From the human T2T-CHM13v2.0 reference genome, Homo sapiens, in the NCBI RefSeq assembly GCF_009914755.1, contig NC_060934.1: a stretch of DNA of 64,000 nucleotides; one strand, 5' to 3'. The notes beneath the pieces were generated by a model. The model was not told where the DNA came from, did no database searches, and worked only from the letters and a program-made list of their open reading frames with translations. Of this stretch, positions 1-13,057 are shown piece after piece (within the stretch, counting starts at the first letter, position 1; each line of letters begins with the position of its first letter). The position numbers and the translations under genes are program-made.

Positions 1-448
1 CTGAGCCGTGCAAGTTCTGCCTTTATTAGTTTCCATGTGGTATTGTGAATTCACAGTTTGGTGGTTGGAGGTATGTAGATGACAAATCTTTGTTTATTCA
101 GATCTCCAGGAAGCAAATGGTATTCTTTTGCAGAGTGGCCAATTCAGGAAAAACACGTTTATAAGCTATTGTTATGTTTTTCAAATTAAAAACATGAATG
201 AAACATAAGAGAGTTATATTGTAATACTGAAAAATATTGAGGAAAACATGAAATTCTCCTCTCCCTTCACCTCTTCCAAGTTTCCTGTCCAAGAAAAACT
301 TGAAACTGTCAAGGAATTTAGTGGGTGAATTTTCCACATAGATGGTATTGTGCCCAAGGGAGCAAAGATTTGTTTTGGGGAGGAGTGAAAAAATTTTACT
401 CATATGCGTAAAGTACAGATATACATATAACACATAAACAGATATACA

Positions 449-746
449 GGCTGGGCATGGTGGCTCATGCCTGTAATCCCGCCGAGGTGGGTGGATCACC
501 TGAGGTCAGGAGTTTGAGACCAGCCTGGCCAATATGGTGAAATCCTGTCTGTACTAAAAATACAAAATTAGCTGGGCATGGCGGTGGATGCCTGTAATCC
601 TAGCTACTTGGGAGGCTGAGGCAGGAGAAGCACTTGAACCCAGGAGGCAGAGGTTGCAGTGAGCCAAAAACAAGCCCCACTACACTCCAGCTGGGGCAAC
701 AGAGTGAGACTCTGTCTCAAAGAAAAAAAAATAACAAAACCAAAAC
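449..746 (+). mobile_element. AluS (Sx/Sz-like) SINE with a 13-nt deletion in the left arm
   Basis: GGCTGGGCATGGTGGCTCATGCCTGTAATCCC start, A-rich linker, right arm and A-rich tail. TSD CAGATATACA(G) at 439-448 and 747-756. AGCACTTTGGGAG is missing after position 480. Confidence 0.95.
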
Positions 747-1399
747 CAGATATACAGTCTATGTGGGATATTAAAATTTCATGGCGAGGGGATTTCATGG
801 GAGTGATTAGGAAATAAATGTCTACATTTCTTTAGGGGAGTGATGATGAAATGAATATTTCAGAAACAGTGGTGTAGTGTTTATCCTCCTGTTGCCTTGT
901 TTGCACCCACACACAATATATATGTATAAATATTTTTGTTGTTGACTTTTATAATCATTGGAATATGAATAAGGAAGAATGTTGCACAGTCACTGATAGT
1001 CATCTGATGACAGGAAGGGGACCCAGCATTGGCTTGAGGCCTGTGTTGTAGATGTCAGATCAGAGAACTCCCTTGTGTTGTCATTGTGCTACTGCCTCAA
1101 ATAACTGTGAAACAAATACTACCCCCAAGAATTCCCAGTCTATGAAATAATACATATCCTCATGGTTTGAACCAATTTGAATCATGCTTTCTAGCACTTA
1201 TTCCCAAAAATGTCATATTAGAAAGCACCCTATACCAATTAACACTCTCATATACATTTATATGTGTGCTCATATATGAGATTCTCTTCAGAAAAAAAAA
1301 ATCTATACTATATTTGCTGGATTGCTTACTGACAATTTGTATCTTATTACAGATTGTATATTAATTTATACTGCTCACTTCTCCTTTGGATTTGTTGTG

Positions 1400-2170
1400 G
1401 TTTTCTTCATGCTTTTAGGACCTTTTTATTTTTCCTGATGTGGTCTTTATTGTTAAAATATATTGCAAATATGTTCTCCAAGTCTTCCACTTTTAACTTC
1501 ATTTTTTTTTTAGAGATACAGAAGGGCTTGTGAAAATTATGCATTCTAGGTTGTGTCTTGCTTAGGGAGACCTTCCCAGCCCAATACTATGAATAGTTTC
1601 CACTAACATCCTTTGGTAAATGCATAGTTTTACTTTTTATGGCTTAAGATGTTACATAGAGGTTACATGCATATATGGTGGATATATGTAGAGTGTAATG
1701 TATTGTGTAAGTTTATTTATTTTTTCCCTAAATCAGTAACTCATTTTCTCATTACCATTTACTATTTTTTACTTTTCTCACTAATTTGGAATTCTAATTT
1801 TCATATACTAAATTAATATGCATGCCTGAATTTGTTTCTAGATTTTCTAGGTGGGTTACATTCATTTCTCCACATTTTCTTATGCCTATATTACCCTCTG
1901 TTAATTACTGTAACTTCTTTGTGGGTTTTGTGGGATGGTTGCGGCACATGTTCTATTCACAATCCTTCTTCACATTGTTCACTTTTAAATTTTTCTTGCT
2001 GTTATGTATTTTAACTCAAATGAATATAGTTTTATTGTGTTTCAGGGTTAGGTGAGCAGAGAGAGGGAGAGTTTTCTTACTAAAATTTAATTTATTTATG
2101 TAATTGCATAGATGACTATAACTTCAAATTCTCATGGCTATTTCTTTATCCAATAAATTTTTTAATGTTG
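1400..2170 (-). mobile_element. Ancient L1M (L1ME-like) fragment
   Basis: T-rich degenerate match to antisense L1 ORF2 3' region, e.g. TTGCAAATATGTTCTCC and TCATATACTAAATT...TTTCTAGATTTTCT. Boundaries approximate. Confidence 0.55.
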
Positions 2171-2279
2171 TGGCCTTTTTAGGATGTAGTAACTTAAAGG
2201 CAACTTTCTTACCTTTCAACCTTCTCATTTGTATCCCACTTTATAATTTACCGAGTTAGTTTGCATTTTCTGATTTCTT

Positions 2280-2420
2280 CCTCAATGGAACCTTATGAAA
2301 GGTTTGTAATTTTAATGTCCATCTTCAGAAGTGAAAACTGAAAGTCAAAAGAATGAAATAATTGAGTAAGTCATATAGCAGCATAGTAGCAGTAATGGAA
2401 CTAGAATTTGTCTGTTCCAC
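2280..2420 (-). mobile_element. MIR SINE fragment
   Basis: CCATCTTCAGAAGTGAAAACTGA...AAGTCATATAGC resembles the antisense MIR core CCCATTTTACAGATGAGGAAACTGAG. Confidence 0.65.
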
Positions 2421-3199
2421 TTAGTGCAGTGTCTCGGTAATTAGAACAAACTAATTCTGGTATCAAGCGTTACACTTTGTTTACTGGTTAAAGAGACATA
2501 CGAGATTTCCTCCATACTGTCCTGCAGCCTGGGCGTTCCTTTGCCATAGTTGCTGGATCGCCTCCCTGTTTGAACAAAACAGGACAGAGGAAAAGGTAAC
2601 CTGGAGGAGAATGCCACATCCGCTGATTTCAGGCTCGATGAAGTTCAACACTTCCTATTTCAAGGTGGTGACACCCTCTACAAATCCCTGGCTTTAGGAA
2701 GAAACCTCTTGATAAAGACCCCTCATCCACAGAGTTGCCTCCAAGCCTATCCTTGTTCTAATCCTTCTTCTCTGCATGACCAAAACTTGGTATTCAAAAT
2801 TCAATCTTAGTGTTTTCTGGCTGTGCTAAAGGGGATGTGGGGACCTCATGTTTGGCTTACCTGCACCTTCTAAGCTAGCACCACTGTCTTACTTAATGGA
2901 CTATAATTTCATCTCCTTAAGCTCTCTTCAGAATGCTATAATGAAGGAGGTGTGACTTGGGTTTGGAAATGTGGTGGCAAATTATCTATATATGAATTAA
3001 CATGTATAATTTAATACACATCATGAATAATGATGAATTGCAAGTTTAACTTGATCATTTAAGTAGAGGGTAAAATTTCTCTTTGTCCCTGGTATATTTT
3101 ATAGAGTAAATATTAAAATTTGATACTCTGGCTTTGTGGATATGGTTTCATGATGTACAACCACTGTTTCTAGGCAGCCCACTCCCCAGTATCACATTG

Positions 3200-3325
3200 T
3201 AGACACCTTGAGGACAGGGAGATCTTCTAAATCTGCTTCATCTCTTTACTTCCCAAGACACCGTGACCAGGCTCTAGCATAGAATATTTGTTTGCTGAAT
3301 AAAGGAATTAATGAACTAATGAACT
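3200..3325 (+). mobile_element. L2 LINE 3' end
   Basis: CCTTGAGGACAGGGA...AATATTTGTTTGCTGAATAAAGGAATTAATGAA is typical of the L2 3' terminus. Confidence 0.6.
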
Positions 3326-3757
3326 AATACTACTTTGCACTTCACACATCTCTCAATTTCCTTTATTTTTGTATTCATTTCTAGAATCATACAGTGTAAA
3401 CTTTAGGTAACAATATAGAGATAACACTTTTCCCATCCTGTGCAATGGCATTTTGCCACTAGCAGGATGCAGGAGACAATTGGAAAGGAAACAGCTTTAA
3501 CTGTGTCCATTTTGGCCAGCTGTTCTTTGTAAAAGGTCTGTGATAAAATTTGATATAATTCAGCACATTTTGCATTAGTTAGATATTAATGTTAACTGAT
3601 AACTTTTGCTCCTGTTAGTATAGAAGGAGTTTATTCTCTATGAACTTGTCCCACAAGAAGCACTGTCAACTCAGAAGGCAGTAGCCGACGTTTTTGGTAT
3701 TTGCTCCAGGTTCCTTTTCAGAAAAGGTCATTGTTGGATAGAAAGGCAGCATGCTTT

Positions 3758-3930
3758 GGTGGCTCTACCAAGTGGAGTCTATGAATCATCACCTGGAACT
3801 ATGTTAGGAATACAAATTCAGTGATGCCCTTCAGCCCTATTAAGCCAAAAACTCTGTGTAGGACCAAATAGTCAGTTTTAACAGCCTGATCATGTGATTC
3901 TGATGAGCACTAAAGGTTGAGAACCTTGAC
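3758..3930. mobile_element. MER5A-like hAT-Charlie MITE
   Basis: ATCACCTGGAACTATGTTAGGAATACAAATTC...GTGATTCTGATGAGCACTAAAGGTTGAGAACC matches MER5A. Confidence 0.75.
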
Positions 3931-3934
3931 TCTG

Positions 3935-4135
3935 TGGAAAAAAAGCCAGGATCTGAATTGGGCAGAACTGAATCAGAATTTTAGCTCAGCCATGTATTGT
4001 ATGGCTTCAGCCATGTTAAAGAAATCTCAGCCTTGGTTTCTTTATCTATAAATTGTGGAGCTTAATACCCACTTCATTGGTTATTAAATGAACTATAAAA
4101 TATCACACTGGGCCTGCCAGTAGAAGCCAGTCAAC
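3935..4135 (+). mobile_element. MIR SINE
   Basis: CTCAGCCTTGGTTTCTTTATCTATAAATTG MIR core. Confidence 0.7.
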
Positions 4136-4400
4136 ACATTTAGGGTTGTAATTTCCTTTCCTCTTGCTACCACCATTGCATGAAATCTAAAGTAGAAATA
4201 GTAGTTTTTAATCCTTTAGATATGTTATTATGTATGATAGTAATGTATAGGGTTTCTATACCCTGAGCTTTGGAGTTGACACTTTTCTGACAAAAGAATG
4301 TGATTTACTTATGTATTTTAGCTGATAAATCCTAGATAGAAATGTATGTTCCCGTCTCCCTAAACATAGTAGCTGTCTGTAATCCCATGTGAGTCAGAGA

Positions 4401-5252
<852 letters not shown>

Positions 5253-5779
5253 CACGAGGGCTCTTTAGTAGGGAATAGTATGTTGTTCTTTGTATGCAGC
5301 TGTTACCAAAAATGCTTAAAATAGATTGAATTTAACGATTACACCTAAACATACATACATGTATTTTAATTACGTTTGTTGTCTAAGTTTTGCCTTTTAA
5401 TCCTTAGCAATGTAATTTGAGTCAAGTCAGGTGAGTTGTTAGTGTGAGAGTGAGCTGTCATGTCATCCATCCACGTCCCCGCTTGGACTGTTTTACACGA
5501 CGGGACACACGTCCACTTTCATGATGCAGTGCTAAGGGTTGCTCTGTCAATGTAAAAGCTGTGTCCGAGCCTCAGGGCATGTAACCTTACAGCTCCGTGG
5601 TGGAGTTACATGCTTTGTTGCTGAAGGAAGGAATGTTTTCATTAGTTTTCTTTATTTTTGTTCCCTCAGTGGGATGTTATTAGTCATGTAGAGGCAGAAT
5701 TTCTGTCCTCCTCCACCTCCAACCAGGAAGTATTAATCACTGTTTCATCTGTGTTTTCGTAGCATTTGGGTTATTATAT

Positions 5780-6720
5780 TATTGTTTTTTGCTGATTATT
5801 TTAATCGTACAAAAAATACATGAGTACATTCTGTTTATAAAATTTCAAGCAATAAAAATAAAATAAGTGTTCACATTAATCTGCATCCATTTTCCCATGC
5901 TAATCCCTTCCCAGAGATAAGCAATGTTATCAATTTTGTGTACGACCCTCCAGACATATTCTCTGCATCAAGATATACACAGATATGTGAACATGTATAA
6001 TTTACTCCAATGGAATCATATTCTATATATTGTGGTTTCCTTTATTCATTTAACCGTATTGAGTTGGAGAAATTTATATGTAGAATAACTTTATTCTTTT
6101 TTTAAAAAACAGCTGCATAGAAGGAGAATCACTTGAACCCGGGAGGCGGAGAATGCAGTGAGCCAAGATTGCATCGCTGCACTCCAGCTTGGGCAACAGA
6201 GTGAGACTCTGTCTCAAAAAAAAAAAAAAAAAAAAAAAGAAGAATATTAGAAAATTACAAAAAAATTCAATAAAAACATCTGCAACAAATTCCATCTCAT
6301 GACCGTACAGTAGTGAATTTAACTCTTCCCCTACAGATGAACGTTGAGATTGTTTCCAGATTTTCACTGAATACAATACCCTAGTAAAAATTTCTGACAT
6401 TGTTCTTTGTGCACCTGGGTGAGTATGTGACCCTGTGTCTAGAATGGAATACTGGATCAGACAGTGTGCATGCCCTTATCAAAGATACTACTGCCAGACT
6501 GTCTTCCAGGAAGGCCATTCCACAGAGAGTCAACCCCCTACCACACGGCCTCATCAATGATGGCTTTTTTTAATCTTTTCTGAGTTTTGCATATTTGATA
6601 GGAGAAACAGATATATCCAGTTGTTGTCTTTCCATTTCCATGTTCATTAATTAGGTGTCCCATATTTTTCCGTGCTTATTGAGCATTTGTATTTCATCTT
6701 CTGTGACTATGTTTTGTTCA
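5780..6720 (-). mobile_element. Ancient L1M 3' UTR/ORF2 end, interrupted by a truncated Alu
   Basis: AATGGAATCATATTCTATATATTG, TTCCCCTACAGATGAACGTTGAGATTGTTTCCAG and CATATTTTTCCGTGCTTATTGAGCATTTGTATTTC are antisense L1M motifs. Confidence 0.75.
6122..6238 (+). mobile_element. 5'-truncated Alu (3' part of right arm) with A23 tail
   Basis: AGGAGAATCACTTGAACCCGGGAGGCGGAG...GAGACTCTGTCTC followed by A23. Confidence 0.93.
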
Positions 6721-7194
6721 TTTTATTATGGATACCATAGAAGTGTATATGTTTTCTTGAAACTTCATTTTGTTCCATTGATAATTATTTTATTCTTGGG
6801 CCCAAACATATTAAAATGTAACATTTACCCATTTAATATTAATTTAATACAAAATATATACCAAGCATCATTGGGCATTAGAACATTACAAATACAAGGG
6901 TAAAGAAAACAGACAACCAGCTGTGTTCCTGACGAATTTCCGGAAAGTGCTGAAGTATTAAAGGTCCATCCTAGGCCATACCTACATGGGTGACCCTGGC
7001 ACAGGCCTGAGTTTTTGCTGGTGGCTCTGGTTATAGTATATTTTGATATCTGGTAAGATATCTGAGAAAAATTTCTGTCTCTCTCTGTCATCTATCAATG
7101 AATTCTTCCATCTTTCTATCTACTACTTATTAGATGTGGGGACTTAGACAAATTCTTATCAGATGTGTAATATAGATCCAGGCCATCTGGCTTC

Positions 7195-7258
7195 AGAGTT
7201 TATATTCTTTCTTTTGTAGATTTAATAGAGTTTATATTTTTTCTTTTGTAGATTTAAT
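7195..7258 (+). repeat. 32-bp tandem duplication (2 copies, 1 mismatch)
   Basis: AGAGTTTATATTCTTTCTTTTGTAGATTTAAT followed by AGAGTTTATATTTTTTCTTTTGTAGATTTAAT. Confidence 0.95.
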
Positions 7259-7259
7259 A

Positions 7260-9750
7260 TAAAATTGTAAATTTTAGAACTTGTCAAATTTCATAGAAAA
7301 GTCATTTGGGACTTTGATAGGCACAGTGGGGTGTGTAATAATGTATTAAATATTTTTATGATACTGAGTTATCCCACTTAGTACCATTGTAGACCTTCAT
7401 TAAATCATCTACGATTTTATGTCATTTCCATAATTTTGTCCTTGCTCATTATTAGATTTATCCTCAGATATTTTACAATTTTGTGCTGATACAAATGGGA
7501 TCTTAATAGCATTATCTAACTCCTTTATAGTGTAATGGAAAGTGTGAATTTTTTGTATGTTGACCTTGAATCTGTATATTTTGATGATTTGTTGGTGTGT
7601 GTCCTAAGAGTTGTGAGTTGATAGTCTTTGATATTCTAAGACAAAAATAAAGACAGTTTTGTTTCTTTCTTCTAATCTTCCTAACTCTTATTTCTTATTT
7701 CTAAATTATTATTATTATTTGGTGTATGTATTCAGGACAGTATTGAATAAGATAAGATGATGGGGAAATCCTTGTATTGTTTTGAACATTAATGGAAATG
7801 CTGACTTTTTTCTGAACATTTAGTATAATGTATACTTTACCTTGGTGATGGATAACTTTTATCAATTTAAGTAGTTTTTTCATGCTTTTTCTTGTACTAA
7901 GAGCTTTTAATAAGGAATTGAGTTTGAATTTTATAAATGTTTTTCAACACATTCAAAGGTAATTTACTTTTTATATCAATTAATGAATTGATTTACATTA
8001 ATATACAGCTAAATGTTGAACTCTTTATCCCTGAATTTCTGATAAAAGCTCTACCTTGTCATAATATGTTCTTTTAATATGCTACTAAATTTTTAATAAA
8101 TTTATTTTTATATAAATGTAATATGTGTATATATATAAAATATGATATTATGTATATATAATATAACCTTTTTCTAATGAGTAAAAATGGCCCACCTTTC
8201 ACTGCCTTATCCTCTTGTTTCTGGTTTTAGTATCAGGGTTAACTGGCTCTGTCAGATGAGTTGATTTTTCTTATATTTTCTGTTCTTCTATTTATTTATT
8301 TATATTTTTTGTAGAAATGGGAGTCTTGCTTTGTTGCCCAGGCTGGTCTTGAACTCTTGGGCTCAAGCAGTCCTACCACCTTGGACTCCAAAAGTGCTGG
8401 GATTACAGGTGTGAGTCATTACTCCTTTCTATTTTCTACCTTTGGAAACAGATTTCCTAATATAAGAATGATCAAGACATGAAGTCTGATAGGGTCTACC
8501 TGTACATCAGTGCAGGCTTGATTTCTTCAAGTCATCTTACTAGTATACCAACTTTCTCAGTGGTTATTTTACTGTTTAGATAATTCTCTTTGACCCAGTT
8601 TTGGCCATGTAGCTTTTCCTAGGAAATTAGTCCTATCTTTTAGATCATTAGTTGTATGAAATTTTTTATACTGCAAGTAATAGTTTAATAAAATCATATA
8701 TGTGACATCATTAATAAATACAAATTTTATCTATAGCTTTGTCCTTTTTCATGCTATTTGTTTTATATTTGTTCTCTCTCTTTATTGCTTTTAATAGGAG
8801 ATAGGTTATGAAATTAATTGAGCATGTTTGTCTTTTCAAGAACATTATTTTAAAAAATTTTCTATTTTATACACTTAAGGTTTTATTTTTTACTAATTAT
8901 TTATAACTTTATGTTTTGATATATTTATATTTTAATAGGTCCCTAATATTCATTATGTATCATATATTTGTAGCTATAAATTTTCCTTTGAATACAATAT
9001 CATCTATAATTCATAGGTGTTAAGTTTTATTGCTGATTGTTGTTTTTGTATAAGTAGTTTGTGATTTCCCTGATAATATTTATTTAATCCAAGTTTTTAA
9101 CAGAAGATTTATCTTAACATTTTTCCCTTGTGTTTTTTATTTTATTATTGTATAGGTTTTTTTTCTTTCATTGTTTATGAATGTTGAATTTTATTTCATA
9201 ATTGTGAATGGGACTTTTTGTTAACTTTAGAAATATTCTGAGATTTCCTTTGTATTCTGCTACACTGTTATTTTAGGTAATGTTCTATATGTGTTTGAAA
9301 AAAGTATGTATTTTCATTGTGGTGGGTGAAAAGTCGTATGCATATTAGATCAAATTATTAATTGCATTAAATATATTCTCTATATTTTTATTTATGCGTG
9401 CTTATATAGTCTGTTGATTTCTTAGAAAGTTAGATTATCCAACTGTAAGAGTGAGTGTGCCAATTTCCTTTCATATTCTTGATTTTTTTCCCATTTATGT
9501 GTTTGGAAGCTAAATTTTTAGTTCCATAAAAGTTAATGTCTTTCATAGTGTTTGGGTAGAAGAATTTTCCATGTTGTTTAAATGGAATAGCTTTCTTTGT
9601 CTTCATTTCCTATTCTTTCTACAATTTCTGAGCCATTTTATATGTCTCTTTTGACTGCATATGGCTGTATGCTTAAATTTCCAATCAGAAAGACTTGTTA
9701 GGGGAATTGAGACCATCCACAATATTGTGTTTACTAGTGTATTTGGACTT
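7260..9750 (-). mobile_element. Ancient L1M ORF2 region, heavily decayed
   Basis: Antisense ORF2 motifs: ACAGTATTGAATAAGA..., CCTTGTATTGTT, GAGTTTGAATTTTATAAATGTTTTTTC, GCTATAAATTTTCCTTTGAATAC, GTGTTTGAAAAAAGTATGTATTTTC. Confidence 0.7.
8289..8425 (-). mobile_element. FLAM_C / Alu left monomer
   Basis: GTCTTGCTTTGTTGCCCAGGCTGGTCTTGAACTCTTGGGCTCAAGC...AAAGTGCTGGGATTACAGGTGTGAG with a (TTTA)n tail. Confidence 0.88.
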
Positions 9751-11590
9751 GCTCTTGGCAGCACTCCTTCTTTATTATAGTATGTTTATGGATATGCATA
9801 TAAATATATTATGCCTGCAATGAACTATGAAGCATTATTGCCTGGCAACATCAACCTTAGTTTTAGTTTTATTTTCCTAGTAGTTTTCTCATTTTGATTA
9901 AAAACCACAGAATGTCAGTGGAAAGAGGGGCCCCTGCTCTGTGCCCTGCATTTGGGCAGGCTCTGCTTTTGTTTTGGGCAAGGAGAATAACAAATGCTTG
10001 GAGCCTGAGCCACTGCCTCAAGCCTCCTAGGGCCTGGTAGGCCTCTTACAGGATTCTCATTGGCCAAATGCCAATCAGTGAGTGGATGACCATCCTCTTT
10101 AGACTCTATTCTCCCCAATAATTAAACTCTGTCCTAATCAATCACTCTAAGGCATGACTGTGGGCAGGGGAGAGTGAAAGTGATGGGCAGAATTTGGACT
10201 TGGGACTGGGTGGTCCACTTAGGGGTGTATTACACTACTTGCCACGCAAGTTGAAGCTGAGGGATGAGAGTGAGAAAGTGAGATGTCACCTCCCTTTTTG
10301 TTCCTCTTGCACAGCTCTGACGTTGGGGGACTGGGCACCCCTCTTCCAGCTGCCGTGTTTTGGCAGGAACTCTGAGAATGCTTGAACTTAAAACTGGCAT
10401 TTTGGATCTTTACGTAGTGGTATTTCCAAGTAAGAGGAATAGAGCATACTTTATTTAACAACTTTGATGTCCTGACTTACTACTTTTAAACACTAAGATT
10501 TATGTGGGCTTCCATTGTTACTCTTACCTCAGGCCACAGACGTCATAGAAGAGCTTGGAAAAAGTTAAATTCTTGGGGAGAATAGAATAGAATCTAAAGA
10601 GGGTGATTTTTGACTCCAGCATCTCTCAGGTTTCTGTTTACCCACCTGCACCTTCTCTTCTGGTTCTGAGGCAGGTGCTTATCTCTTTGGAGATGTGCTG
10701 AGGCAGAATCAGATCAACAGCTCTTGCAGAGAAGACGAAGTGAGGCGAGGTTGTTAGGTCTAGAGTGCAGAGGGGCCAGATTAGAGTAGCCCTGGTTGGT
10801 GGAAGTATCACAGCTGCAAGGATAACCTGAGTTTCCTGTGGGTTAAGAATAGGTCATGTAAGGTATCTGACTGAAGCCATCTTGCCAGGTCTCCTGTCAA
10901 CAGTGGAGCATTGTTGAACAGATTATGAGGGGTAAGAGAAGGACATGACCGTGCTTTTGCTGGATCTTCTGTGTCAGGGACCTGAACAAAGTTTTCCTGT
11001 CTCCCCTGCCACCACCAGCAGAGCAGTGAAGAGCAACCAATATGTCCTGAGGGAGCTGCTTTTGGAGGCCTGAAACATAGAAGGAACCAATAACCAGCAT
11101 GTGTTAGAGGAACAAAAACAAAAAAACAAAAAACAAAATAACAGCTGTAAGTAATAAGACCTGCAAATGCAAATCAATGTCTTGTTCCCCCTAAAATCAA
11201 TAGGTCCCCTGTGCCTTCCGGCACACTCACACACTGACACAACCACATCTGGCTTTCTTACTGGTGTAGACAGGAGGGACGAGCAGGGGGAGCAGAGAGA
11301 GAGAGAGGAAACAGGCTTCTTGAGGCATTTCTAGTCTGAGCTGACATTTCATTTTAAAATGGAAAATGATACACAAAAAAATCCAGCGTGACCAGAAAAA
11401 ATTATAAGCCTGATACTTGTAGTTGACAAGAGTAAGTTACCTTTCCCGTCACCAGTTCACCTGGTGCTGATAATTCAGAAAGCACATATAGTATCAGGTA
11501 CTAGAAAAAGTAAATCATTCCACATTTGCCTGTTGCTAGGTTGAGGCAACTTAATAATACCTGCTGATTTCTCTCATGTCTGGACATTTT

Positions 11591-11592
<2 letters not shown>

Positions 11593-11621
<29 letters not shown>
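11593..11621 (+). repeat. (GT)14 microsatellite
   Basis: Direct reading. Continues as alternating purine-pyrimidine GCACATGCAC. Confidence 0.97.
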
Positions 11622-12467
11622 CACATGCACTTCTGTGTATATCTGTGCATGTATTTACAAAAGTAGAGTCTTGTATTCCAATGCCCGTTTTAACTCAATC
11701 TCTTCATACAGATTTCATTCCAACATTTGTCACAAGATATTGCACTATTTTTTTTTAGCTGTCTATCTTTACTGCTAGAAGGAGATTTTTTAGAGGAGAC
11801 TCCGATTTAAATATTGCTTCTATCATAGTGTAAGACATATAGTAGATTCTCAATAAAAACCTGTTTCTTACATTTAAGCTAGTGATAATGTTTGTACCTA
11901 TTAAGGGTGCTGAGGCTATTTTCCAAGACCCAGTTGGAAGATACTTTAAAAGTAACTTTTCTAGATCATCTGTTAATACTTCTGTAGCCTTTTACAGGAA
12001 CAGAGGAAAAGTAAAATAGGCAGTGAGGAAGGAAGTGCTGTTATTTTTGTGCATATAGCATAGTAAATGTGTATGTACCTGGCATTTACTGGTAAATCAA
12101 CATGTCAGAGAGATGTTATTTGTTACTGGCTCTGTGACTAATTATCCCTCTAGATATAATCAGTGTTAAAGGTAGTGAAGTGCAAAATAATTGCAACAAC
12201 AAGACCTATGATTCATTTCAACCAGGTTTATAGAGTAAAAGATTCTTTTTCTTAACTTTAGCAGTTTTTTAATTGATTCTGTAATTTTACAATGGCAAAA
12301 AGGTAGTTTGCAGTGTAATTCTCTATTATTTCCGTATTGCAAATTCAATCTATGTTAGATATTTGATGCCATGGGTTAGCATTTTTTATTTGCAAATTAA
12401 GTATTTTGTGAACCCACCATATGTTGAATGATATGTAGAACAGAGGCATGGAGAAGCCAGAAATATT

Positions 12468-12507
12468 TGTGTGTGTGTGTGTGGGTGTGTGGTGTGTGGT
12501 GTGTGTG
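12468..12507 (+). repeat. Interrupted (TG)n microsatellite
   Basis: TGTGTGTGTGTGTGTGGGTGTGTGGTGTGTGGTGTGTGTG. Confidence 0.9.
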
Positions 12508-12585
12508 AAAAAAATATGCTAGACCAAGGTATGGAGAGTCAGACTTCCAAAACTGCATATCTCATCTGAGTACAATCCTTCTATC

Positions 12586-13057
<472 letters not shown>

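Noticed and set aside
6900-7000. Possible hAT-Blackjack MITE (GGGTGACCCTG end)
   Set aside because: Only one terminus is recognisable, and it is too degenerate to call.
11455-11472. REST/RE1 half-site GGTGCTGA
   Set aside because: The second half-site (CTGTCC) is absent.
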